The position numbers were made by a program, and so were the translations under genes. Under the pieces are notes generated by a model, which saw only the letters and a program-made list of their open reading frames with translations, searched no databases and had not been told where the DNA came from. 64,000 nucleotides of DNA from Heterodontus francisci (lineage: Eukaryota), in the NCBI RefSeq assembly GCF_036365525.1, contig NC_090399.1, forward strand, positions 32,892,430 through 32,956,429, read 5' to 3'. Of the stretch, positions 21,101 through 33,100 are shown one piece after another (within the stretch, counting starts at the first letter, position 1; each line of letters begins with the position of its first letter).

Positions 21101-24100
21101 GGTGGGAGGGTCAGTGCTGCACAATGGGGGGGTCAGTGCTGCACGATGTAGGGGTCAGTGCTGGAAGGTGGGAGGGTCAGTGCTGCACAATGGGAGGGTC
21201 AGTGCTGCACAATGGGAGGGTCAGTGCTGCACAATGGGAGGGTCAGTGCTGCACAATGGGAGGGTCAGTGCTGCACAATGGGGGGGTCAGTGCTGCACGA
21301 TGTAGGGGTCAGTGCTGCACGATGTAGGGGTCAGTGCTGGAAGGTGGGAGGGTCAGTGCTGGAAGGTGGGAGGGTCAGTGCTGCAAGATGGGAGGGTCAG
21401 GGCTGCACGATGGGGGGGTCAGTGCTGCACGATGGGGGGGTCAGTGCTGAAAGATGGGAGGGTCAGGGCTGCACGATGGGAGGGTCAGGGCTGCACGATG
21501 GGAGGGTCAGGGCTGCACGATGGGAGGGTCAGGGCTGCACGATGGGGGGGGTCAGTGCTGCACGGTGGGGGGGTCAGAGCTGAAAGGTGGGAGGGTCAGC
21601 GCTGCACAGTGGGAGGGTCAGCGCTGCACGGTGGGGGGGTCAGTGCTGAAAGGTGGGAGGGTCAGTGCTGCACGATGGGGGGGTCAGTGCTGAAAGATGG
21701 GAGGGTCAGGGCTGCACGATGTGGGGGTCAGTGCTGCACGATGTGGGGGTCAGTGCTGCACGATGTGGGGGTCAGTGCTGCACGGTGGGGGAGTCAGAGC
21801 TGAAAGGTGGGAGGGTCAGTGCTGAAAGGTCTGAGGGTCAGTGCTGCACGATGGAGGGTCAGTGCTGCACGATGGTGGGGTCAGTGCTGCAAGGTGGGAG
21901 GGTCAGTGCTGCACGATGTGAGGGACAGCGCTGCACGATGTGAGGGACAGCGCTGCACGATGTGAGGGTCAGCGCTGCACGATGTGAGGGTCAGCGCTGC
22001 ACGATGGGGGGGGTCAGCGCTGCACGGTGGGAGGGTCAGCGCTGCACGATGTGAGGGTCAGTGCTGCACGATGGGGGGGTCAGTGCTGAAAGGTGGGAAG
22101 GTCAGTGCTGTACGATGGGGGGGGGGTCAGTGCTGAAAGGTGGGAGGGTCAGTGCTGCACGATGTGGGGGTCAGTGCTGCACGCTGTGAGGGTCAGTGCT
22201 GCACGGTGGGGGGATCAGTGCTGAAAGGTGGGAGGGTCAGTGCTGCACAATGGGGGGGTCAGTGCTGCACGATGTAGGGGTCAGTGCTGGAAGGTGGGAG
22301 GGTCAGTGCTGCACGATGGTGCGGTCAGTGCTGAAAGGTGGGAGGGTCAGTGCTGCACAATGGGGGGGTCAGTGCTGCACGATGTAGGGGTCAGTGCTGG
22401 AAGGTGGGAGGGTCAGTGCTGCACAATGGGAGGGTCAGTGCTGCACAATGGGGGGGTCAGTGCTGCACGATGTAGGGGTCAGTGCTGGAAGGTGGGAGGG
22501 TCAGTGCTGGAAGGTGGGAGGGTCAGTGCTGGAAGGTGGGAGGGTCAGTGCTGCAAGATGGGAGGGTCAGTGCTGCAAGATGGGAGGGTCAGTGCTGCAA
22601 GATGGGAGGGTCAGTGCTGCAAGATGGGAGGGTCAGGGCTGCACGATGGGGGGGTCAGTGCTGCACGATGTGGGGGTCAGGGCTGAAAGATGGGAGGGTC
22701 AGGGCTGAAAGATGGGAGGGTCAGGGCTGCACGATGGGGGGGTCAGGGCTGCACGATGGGGGGGTCAGTGCTGCACGGTGGGGGGATCAGAGCTGAAAGG
22801 TGGGAGGGTCAGCGCTGCACAGTGGGAGGGTCAGCGCTGCACGGTGGGGGGGTCAGTGCTGAAAGGTGGGAGGGTCAGTGCTGCACGATGGGGGGGTCAG
22901 TGCTGAAAGGTGGGAGGGTCTGGGATGCACGATGGGGGGGGTCAGTGCTGAAAGGTGGGTGGGTCAGTGCTGCACGATGTGGGGGTCAGTGCTGCACGAT
23001 GTGGGGGTCAGTGCTGCACGATGTGGGGGTCAGTGCTGCAAGGTGGGAGGGTCAGTGCTGCACGATGGGGGGGTCAGTGCTGCACGATGGGGGGGTCAGT
23101 GCTGCACGATGTGAGGGTCAGTGCTGCACGATGTGAGGGTCAGTGCTGCACGATGTGAGGGTCAGTGCTGCAAGGTGGGAGGGTCAGTGCTGCAAGGTGG
23201 GAGGGTCAGTGCTGCAAGGTGGGAGGGTCAGTGCTGCACGATGGGGGGATCAGTGCTGAAAGGTGGGAGGGTCAGTGCTGCACAATGGGGGGGTCAGTGC
23301 TGCACGATGTGGGGGTCAGTGCTGGAAGGTGGGAGGGTCAGTGCTGCACGATGGGGGGGGTCAGTGATGAAAGGTGGGAAGGTCAGTGCTGCACGGCGTG
23401 AGGGTCAGCGCTGCACAATGTGAGGGTCAGTGCTGCACGATGTGAGGGTCAGTGCTGCACGATGTGAGGGTCAGTGCTGCAAGGTGGGAGGGTCAGTGCT
23501 GCACGATGTGAGGGTCAGTGCTGCACGATGTGAGGGTCAGTGCTGCACGATGTGAGGGTCAGTGCTGCACGATGTGAGGGTCAGTGCTGCACGATGTGAG
23601 GGTCAGCGCTGCACGGCGGGAGGGTCAGCGCTGCACGGCGGGAGGGTCAGCGCTGCACGGCGGGAGGGTCAGCGCTGCACGCTGTGAGGGTCAGCGCTGC
23701 ACGCTGTGAGGGTCAGCGCTGCACGATGGGGGGGTCAGGGCTGCACGATGGGGGGATCAGTGCTGAAAGGTGGGAGGGTCAGTGCTGCACAATGGGGGGG
23801 TCAGTGCTGCACGATGTAGGGGTCAGTGCTGGAAGGTGGGAGGGTCAGTGCTGAAAGGTGGGAGGGTCAGTGCTGCACGATGTGGGGGTCAGTGCTGCAC
23901 GATGTAGGGATCAGTGCTGGAAGGTGGGAGGGTCAGTGCTGCACGATGGGGGGTCAGTGCTGCACGATGGGGGGGTCAGTGCTGCAAGGTGGGTGGGTCA
24001 GTGCTGCAAGGTGGGTGGGTCAGTGCTGCACGATGGGGGGTCAGTGCTGCAAGGTGGGTGGGTCAGTGCTGCAAGGTGGGTGGGTCAGTGCTGCACGATG

Positions 24101-27100
24101 GGGGGGTCAGTGCTGCACGATGGGGGGGTCAGTGCTGCACGATGGGGGGGTCAGTGCTGCACGATGGAGGGTCAGTGCTGCACGATGGAGGGTCAGTGCT
24201 GCACGATGGTGGGGTCAGTGCTGCAAGGTGGGAGGGTCAGTGCTGCACGATGGGGGGGTCAGTGCTGCACGATGGGGGGGTCAGTGCTGCACGATGGGGG
24301 GGTCAGTGCTGCACGATGGAGGGGTCAGTGCTGCACGATGGAGGGGTCAGTGCTGCACGATGGAGGGTCAGTGCTGCACGATGGAGGGTCAGTGCTGCAC
24401 GATGGAGGGTCAGTGCTGCACAATGGTGGGGTCAGTGCTGCAAGGTGGGAGGGTCAGTGCTGCACGATGTGAGGGTCAGCGCTGCACGATGTGAGGGTCA
24501 GCGCTGCACGATGTGAGGGTCAGCGCTGCACGATGTGAGGGTCAGCGCTGCACGATGGGGGGGTCAGTGCTGAAAGGTGGGAAGGTCAGTGCTGTACGAT
24601 GGGGGGGGGTCAGTGCTGAAAGGTGGGAGGGTCAGTGCTGCACGTTGTGGGGGTCAGTGCTGCACGCTGTGAGGGTCAGTGCTGCACGATGGGGGGGTCA
24701 GTGCTGCAAGGTGTGAGGGTCAGTGCTGCACGATGTGAGGGTCAGTGCTGCACGATGGGGGGGTCAGTGCTGAAAGGTGGGAAGGTCAGTGCTGTACGAT
24801 GGGGGGGGGTCAGTGCTGAAAGGTGGGAGGGTCAGTGCTGCACGATGTGGGGGTCAGTGCTGCACGATGGGGGGGTCAGTGCTGCACGACGGGGGGATCA
24901 GTGCTGAAAGGTGGGAGGGTCAGTGCTGCACAATGGGGGGGTCAGTGCTGCACGATGTAGGGGTCAGTGCTGGAAGGTGGGAGGGTCAGTGCTGCACGAT
25001 GGTGGGGTCAGTGCTGAAAGGTGGGAGGGTCAGTGCTGCACAATGGGGGGGTCAGTGCTGCACGATGTAGGGGTCAGTGCTGCACGATGTAGGGGTCAGT
25101 GCTGGAAGGTGGGAGGGTCAGTGCTGCACAATGGGAGGGTCAGTGCTGCACAATGGGAGGGTCAGTGCTGCACAATGGGAGGGTCAGTGCTGCACAATGG
25201 GGGGGTCAGTGCTGCACAATGGGGGGGTCAGTGCTGCACGATGTAGGGGTCAGTGCTGCACGATGTAGGGGTCAGTGCTGGAAGGTGGGAGGGTCAGTGC
25301 TGGAAGGTGGGAGGGTCAGTGCTGCAAGATGGGAGGGTCAGGGCTGCACGATGGGGGGGTCAGTGCTGCACGATGGGGGGGTCAGTGCTGAAAGATGGGA
25401 GGGTCAGGGCTGCACGATGGGAGGGTCAGGGCTGCACGATGGGAGGGTCAGGGCTGCACGATGGGGGGGTCAGTGCTGCACGGTGGGGGGGTCAGTGCTG
25501 AAAGGTGGGAGGGTCAGTGCTGCACGATGGGGGGGTCAGTGCTGAAAGATGGGAGGGTCAGGGCTGCACGATGTGGGGGTCAGTGCTGCACGATGTGGGG
25601 GTCAGTGCTGCACGATGTGGGGGTCAGTGCTGCACGGTGGGGGAGTCAGAGCTGAAAGGTGGGAGGGTCAGTGCTGAAAGGTCTGAGGGTCAGTGCTGCA
25701 CGATGTGAGGGTCAGTGCTGCACGATGTGAGGGTCAGAGCTGCACGGTGGGGGGGGTGTGCTGCACGGTGGGGGGGGGTGTGCTGCACGGTGGGGGGGTC
25801 AGAGCTGAAAGGTGGGCGGGTCAGAGCTGAAAGGTGGGCGGGTCAGCGCTGCACGGTGGGGGGGTCCGCGCTGCACGGTGGGGGGGTCAGTGCTGAAAGG
25901 TGGGAGGGTCAGTGCTGCACGATGGGGGGGGTCAGTGCTGAAAGGTGGGAGGGTCAGGGCTGCACGATGTGAGGGTCAGTGCTGCACGGTGGGGGGGTCA
26001 GAGCTGAAAGGTGGGAGGGTCAGAGCTGAAAGGTGGGAGGGTCAGAGCTGAAAGGTGGGAGGGTCAGTGCTGCACGGTGTGAGGGTCAGTGCTGCACGGT
26101 GTGAGGGTCAGAGCTGCACGGTGTGAGGGTCAGTGCTGCACGGTGGGGGGGTCAGAGCTGAAAGGTGGGAGGGTCAGAGCTGAAAGGTGGGAGGGTCAGT
26201 GCTGCACGATGTGAGGGTCAGTGCTGCACGATGTGAGGGTCAGCGCTGCACGGTGGGGGGGGGGTGTGCTGCACGGTGGGGGGGTCAGTGCTGCACGGTG
26301 GGGGGGTCAGAGCTGAAAGGTGGGAGGGTCAGAGCTGAAAGGTGGGAGGGTCAGTGCTGCACGATGTGAGGGTCAGTGCTGCACGATGTGAGGGTCAGCG
26401 CTGCACGGTGGGGGGGGGGTGTGCTGCACGGTGGGGGGGTCAGTGCTGCACGGTGGGGGGGTCAGAGCTGAATGGTGGGAGGGTCAGCGCTGCACGGTGG
26501 GAGGGTCAGCGCTGCACGGTGGGGGGGTCAGTGCTGCACGATGGGGGTGTCAGTACTGAAAGGTGGGAAGGTCAGTGCTGCACGATGGGAGGGTCAGAGC
26601 TGCACGGTGGGGGGGTCAGTGCTGAAAGGTGGGAGGGTCAGTGCTGCACGATGGGGGGGTCAGTGCTGAAAGGTGGGAGGGTCAGGGCTGCACGATGGGG
26701 GGGGGTCAGTGCTGAAAGGTGGGTGGGTCAGTGCTGCACGATGTGGGGGTCAGTGCTGCACGATGGGGGGGTCAGTGCTGCACGATGGGAGGGTCAGAGC
26801 TGCACGATGTGAGGGTCAGAGCTGCACGATGTGAGGGTCAGTGCTGCACGGTGGGGGAGTCAGAGCTGAAAGGTGGGAGGGTCAGTGCTGAAAGGTCTGA
26901 GGGTCAGTGCTGCACGATGTGAGGGTCAGCGCTGCACGGTGGGGGGGTCAGCGCTGCACGGTGGGGGGGTCAGCGCTGCACGGTGGGGGGGTCAGAGCTG
27001 AAAGGTGGGCGGGTCAGAGCTGAAAGGTGGGCGGGTCAGCGCTGCACGGTGGGGGGGTCAGCGCTGCACGGTGGGGGGGGTCAGTGCTGAAAGGTGGGAG

Positions 27101-30100
27101 GGTCAGGGCTGCACGATGGGGGGGTCAGTGCTGAAAGGTGGGTGGGTCAGTGCTGCACGATGTGGGGGGGTCAGAGCTGAAAGGTGGGCGGGTCAGAGCT
27201 GAAAGGTGGGCGGGTCAGCGCTGCACGGTGGGGGGGTCAGTGCTGCACGGTGGGGGGGGTCAGTGCTGAAAGGTGGGAGGGTCAGGGCTGCACGATGGGG
27301 GGGTCAGTGCTGAAAGGTGGGTGGGTCAGTGCTGCACGATGTGGGGGTCAGTGCTGCACGATGGGGGGGTCAGAGCTGCACGGTGTGAGGGTCAGAGCTG
27401 CACGGTGTGAGGGTCAGAGCTGCACGGTGTGAGGGTCAGTGCTGCACGGTGGGGGCTGAGAGCTGAAAGGTGGGAGGGTGAGAGCTGAAAGGTGGGAGGG
27501 TCAGAGCTGAAAGGTGGGAGGGTCAGTGCTGCACGATGTGAGGGTCAGCGCTGCACGGTGGGGGGGGGGTGTGCTGCACGGTGGGGGGGTCAGAGCTGAA
27601 AGGTGGGAGGGTCAGCGCTGCACAGTGGGAGGGTCAGTGCTGCACGATGGGGGTGTCAGTACTGAAAGGTGGGAAGGTCAGTGCTGCACGATGGGGGGGG
27701 GTCAGTGCTGCACGATGGGGGTGTCAGTGCTGAAAGGTGGGAAGGTCAGTGCTGAAAGGTGGGAGGGTCAGTGCTGAAAGGTGGGAGGGTCAGTGCTGCA
27801 CGATGGGGAGGGTCAGTGCTGCACGATGGGGAGGGTCAGTGCTGCACGATGGGGAGGGTCAGTGCTGCACGATGGGGAGGGTCAGTGCTGCACGATGGGG
27901 AGGGTCAGTGCTGCACGATGGGGAGGGTCAGTGCTGCACGATGGGGGGGGGTCAGTGCTGCACAATGGGGGGGGTCAGAGCTGCACAATGGTGGGGTCAG
28001 TGCTGCAAGGTGGGAGGGACAGTACTGCACGATGGGGGGGTCAGTGCTGCACAATGGGGGGGGTCAGTGCTGCACGATGGGGGGGCTCAGTGCTGAAAGG
28101 TGGGAAGGTCAGCGCTGCACAGTGGGAGGGACAGCACTGCACGATGTGAGGGACAGCACTGCACGATGTGAGGGTCAGTGCTGCACGATGTGAGGGTCAG
28201 TGCTGCACGATGGGGGGGGTCAGTGCTGCAAGGTGGAAGAGTCAGTGCTGCACGATGTGGGGGGTCAGTGCTGCACGATGGGGGGTCAGTGCTGCACGAT
28301 GGGGGGTCAGTGCTGCACGATGGGGGTGTCAGTGCTGCACGATGGGGGTGTCAGTGCTGCAAGGTGGGTGGGTCAGTGCTGCACGATGGGGGGTCAGTGC
28401 TGCACGGTGGGTGGGTCAGTGCTGCACGATGGGGGGGGTCAGTGCTGCACGATGGGGGGGTCAGTGCTGCACGATGGGGGGGTCAGTGCTGCACGATGGG
28501 GGGGTCAGTGCTGCACGATGGGAGGGACAGCGCTGCACGATGTGAGGGTCAGCGCTGCACGATGTGAGGGTCAGCGCTGCACGATGTGAGGGTCAGCGCT
28601 GCACGATGTGAGGGTCAGCGCTGCACGATGTGAGGGTCAGCGCTGCACGATGTGGGGATCAGCGCTGCACGATGGGGGGTGTCAGTGCTGAAAGGTGGGA
28701 AGGTCAGTGCTGCACGATGGGGGGGGGGTCAGTGCTGAAAGGTGGGAGGGTCAGCACTGCACAGTGGGAGGGACAGCGCTGCACGCTTTGAGGGTCAGTG
28801 CTGCACGATGGGGGGGGTCAGTGCTGCAAGGTGGGAGGGTCAGTGCTGCACGATGTGGGGGTCAGTGCTGCACGGTGGGGGGGTCAGTCCTGAAAGGTGG
28901 GAAGGTCAGTGCTGCACGATGGTGGGGTCAGTGCTGCACGATGTTGGGGTCAGTGCTGAAAGGTGTGAGGGTCAGTGCTGCACGATGGTGGGGTCAGTGC
29001 TGCACAATGGGGGGGTCAGTCCTGAAAGGTGGGAGGGTCAGCACTGCACGATGTGAGGGTCAGTGCTGCACAATGGAGGGTCAGTGCTGCATGATGTGGG
29101 GGGTCAGTGCTGCAAGGTGGGATGGTCAGTACTGCACGATGGGGGGGTCAGTGCTGCACGATGGAGGGTCAGTGCTGCACGATGTGAGGGACAGCGCTGC
29201 ACGATGTGAGGGACAGCGCTGCACGATGTGAGGGACAGCGCTGCACGATGTGAGGGACAGCGCTGCACGATGTGAGGGACAGCGCTGCACGATGTGAGGG
29301 ACAGCGCTGCACGATGTGAGGGTCAGTGCTGCAAGGTGGAAGGGTCAGTACTGCACGATGTCGGAGTCAGTGCTGCAAGGTGGGAGGGTCAGTGCTGCAC
29401 AGTGGGAGGGACAGCGCTGCACGATGGAGGGTCAGTGCTGCACGATGTGAGGGACAGTACTGCACGATGTGAGGGACAGCGCTGCACGATGTGAGGGACA
29501 GCGCTGCACGATGTGAGGGACAGCGCTGCACGATGTGAGGGTCAGTGCTGCAAGGTGGAAGGGTCAGTGCTGCACGATGGGGGGGGTGTCAGTGCTGAAA
29601 GGTGGGAGGGTCAGTGCTGCACGATGGGGGGGGGTCAGCGCTGCTCTGTGGGAGGGTCAGCGCTGCTCTGTGGGAGGGACAGCACTGCACGATGGGAGGG
29701 TCAGTGCTGCACGATGGGAGGGTCAGTGATGCAAGGTGGGAGGGTCAGTACTGCACGATGGGGGGGTCAGTGCTGCAAGGTGGAAGGGTCAGTGCTGCAC
29801 GCTGTCAGGGTCAGTGCTGCACGATGGGGGGGTCAGTGCTGAAAGGTGGGAGGGTCAGTGCTGCACGATGGTGGGGTCAGTGCTGCACGATGGTGGGGTC
29901 AGTGCTGCACGATGGTGGGAGGGTCAGTGCTGCACGATGGGGGGGACAGTGCTGCAAGGTGGAAGGGTCAGTGCTGCAAGGTGGAAGGGTCAGTGCTGCA
30001 CGATGGTGGGGTCAGTGCTGCACGATGGTGGGAGGGTCAGTGCTGCACGATGGGGGGGACAGTGCTGCAAGGTGGAAGGGTCAGTGCTGAAAGGTGGGAA

Positions 30101-33100
30101 GGTCAGTGCTGCACGATGGGGGGGGCTCAGTGCTGAAAGGTGGAAGGGTCAGCGCTGCACAGTGGGAGGGACAGCACAGCACGATGTGAGGGACAGCGCT
30201 GCACGATGTGAGGGTCAGCGCTGCACGATGTGGGGGTCAGTGCTGAAAGGTGGGAGGGTCAGCGCTGCACGATGTGGGGGTCAGCGCTGCACGATGTGGG
30301 GGTCAGCGCTGCACGATGGGGTGGTCAGTGCTGCACGATGGCGTGGTCAGTGCTGCAAGGTGGGAGGGTCAGTGCTGCAAGGTGGGAGGGTCAGTGCTGC
30401 ACGATGGCGTGGTCAGTGCTGCAAGGTGGGAGGGTCAGTGCTGCAAGGTGGGAGGGTCAGTGCTGCACGATGGCGTGGTCAGTGCTGCAAGGTGGGAGGG
30501 TCAGTGCTGCAAGGTGGGAGGGTCAGTGCTGCAAGGTGGGAGGGTCAGTGCTGCACGATGGCGTGGTCAGTGCTGCAAGGTGGGGGGGGGTCAGTGCTGC
30601 ACGATGGGGGGGTCAGGGCTGCACGATGGGGGGGTCAGGGCTGCACGATGGGGGGGTCAGTGCTGCAAGGTGGGAGGGTCAGTGCTGCAAGGTGGGAAGG
30701 TCAGTGCTGCAAGGTGGGGGGGTCAGTCCTGAAAGGTGGGAAGGTCAGTGCTGCACGATGGGAGGGGTCAGTGCTGCACGATGTGGGGGTCAGTGCTGCA
30801 AGGTGGGGGGGTCAGTGCTGCAAGGTGGGGGGGTCAGTGCTGCAAGGTGGGGGGGTCAGGGCTGCACGATGTGGGGGTCAGTGCTGCAAGGTGGGAGGGT
30901 CAGTGCTGCACGATGTGGGGGTCAGTGCTGCAAGGTGGGAGGGTCAGTGCTGCAAGGTGGGGGGGTCAGTCCTGAAAGGTGGGAAGGTCAGTGCTGCACG
31001 ATGGGGGGGTCAGTGCTGCAAGGTGGAAGGGTCAGTGCTGCAAGGTGGAAGGGTCAGTGCTGCACGATGGGGGGGTCAGTGCTGCACGATGGGGGGGTCA
31101 GTGCTGCACGATGGGGGGGTCAGTGCTGCAAGGTGGGAGGGTCAGTGCTGCACGATGGCGTGGTCAGTGCTGCAAGGTGGGGGGGGGTCAGTGCTGCACG
31201 ATGGGGGGGTCAGGGCTGCACGATGGGGGGGTCAGGGCTGCACGATGGGGGGGTCTGTGCTGCAAGGTGGGAGGGTCAGTGCTGCAAGGTGGGAAGGTCA
31301 GTGCTGCAAGGTGGGGGGGTCAGTGCTGCACGATGGGGGGGGTCAGTGCTGCACGATGGGGGGGTCAGTGCTGCACGATGGGGGGGGGGGGGGGTCAGTG
31401 CTGCAATGTGGGAGGGTCAGTGCTGCATGATGGGACGGTCAGTGCTTCACGATGGGAGGGTCACTGCTGCACGATGGGGGGGTCAATGCTGCAAGGTGAA
31501 GGGTCAATGCTGCAAGGTGGGAGGGTCAGTGCTGCACGATGGGGGGGTCAGTGCTGCACGATGGAGGGTCAGTGCTGCAAGGTGGGAGGGTCAGGACTGC
31601 ACGATGTGGGGGTCCGTGCTGCAAGGTGGGAGGGTCAGTGCTGCACGATGGGGGGGTCAGTGCTGCACGATGTGAGGGTCAGTGCTGCACGATGGGGGGC
31701 TCAGTGCTGCACGATGGGGGGCTCAGTGCTGCAAGGTGGAAGGGTCAGTGCTGCACGATGTTGGGGTCAGTGCTGCAAGGTGGGATGGTCAGGACTGCAC
31801 GATGGGGGGGTCAGTGCTGCACGATGGAGGGTCAGTGCTGCAAGGTGGGAGGGTCAGTACTGCACGATGTGGGGGTCAGTGCTGCAAGGTGGGAGGGTCA
31901 GTGCAGCACGATGGGGGTTAGTGCTGCAAGGTGGGAGGGTCAGTACTGCACGATGTGGGGGTCAGTGCTGCAAGGTGGGAGGGTCAGAGCTGCACGATGG
32001 GGGGGGTCAGTGCTGCACGATGTGGGGTCAGTGCTGCACGATGTGGGGTTCAGTGCTGCAAGGTGGGATGGTCAGTGCTGCACGATGGAGGGTCAGTGCT
32101 GCAAGGTGGGAGGGTCAGTGCTGCACGATGGGGGGGGTCAGTGCTGCACGATGGGGGGGGTCAGTGCTGCACGATGGGGGGGGGTCAGTGCTGCACGATG
32201 TGGGGTTCAGTGCTGCACGATGGGGGGGGTCAGTGCTGCACGATGTGAGGGTCAGAGCTGCAAGGTGGGAGGGTCAGTGCTGCACGATGGGGGGGGGTCA
32301 GTGCTGCACGATGGGGGGGGGTCAGTGCTACACGCTGTGAGGGTCAGTGCTGCACGATGGAGGGTCAGTGCTGCAAGGTGGGAGGGTCAGTGCTGCACGA
32401 TGGGGGGGGGGGGTCAGTGCTACACGCTGTGAGGGTCAGTGCTACACGCTGTGAGGGTCAGTGCTACACGCTGTGAGGGTCAGTGCTGCACGATGGAGGG
32501 TCAGTGCTGCAGGATGGAGGGTCAGTGCTGCAAGGTGGGAGGGTCAGTGCTGCACGATGGGGGGGGGTCAGTGCTGCACGATGGGGGGGGTCAGTGCTGC
32601 ACGATGTGGGGTTCAGTGCTGCACGATGGAGGGTCAGAGCTGCACGATGGAGGGTCAGAGCTGCACGGTGAGGGTCAGTGCTGCAAGGTGGGAGGGTCAG
32701 TGCTGCACGATGGAGGGTCAGAGCTGCACGGTGAGGGTCAGTGCTGCAAGGTGGGAGGGTCAGTGCTGCACGATGGGGGGGTCAGTGCTGCAATGTGGGA
32801 TGGTCAGTACTGCACGATGGGGGGGTCAGTGCTGCACGATGGAGGGTCAGAGCTGCACGATGGAGGGTCAGAGCTGCACGGTGAGGGTCAGTGCTGCAAG
32901 GTGGGATGGTCAGTACTGCACGATGGGGGGGGTCAGTGCTGAATGGTGGGAGGGTCAGCGCTGCACAGTTGGAGGGACAGCACTGCACGATGTGAGGGTC
33001 AGTGCTGCACGATGTGAGGGTCAGTGCTGCACAATGGAGGGTCAGTGCTGCACGATGGGGGGGGTCAGTGCTGCACGATGTGAGGGTCAGTGCTGCACGC

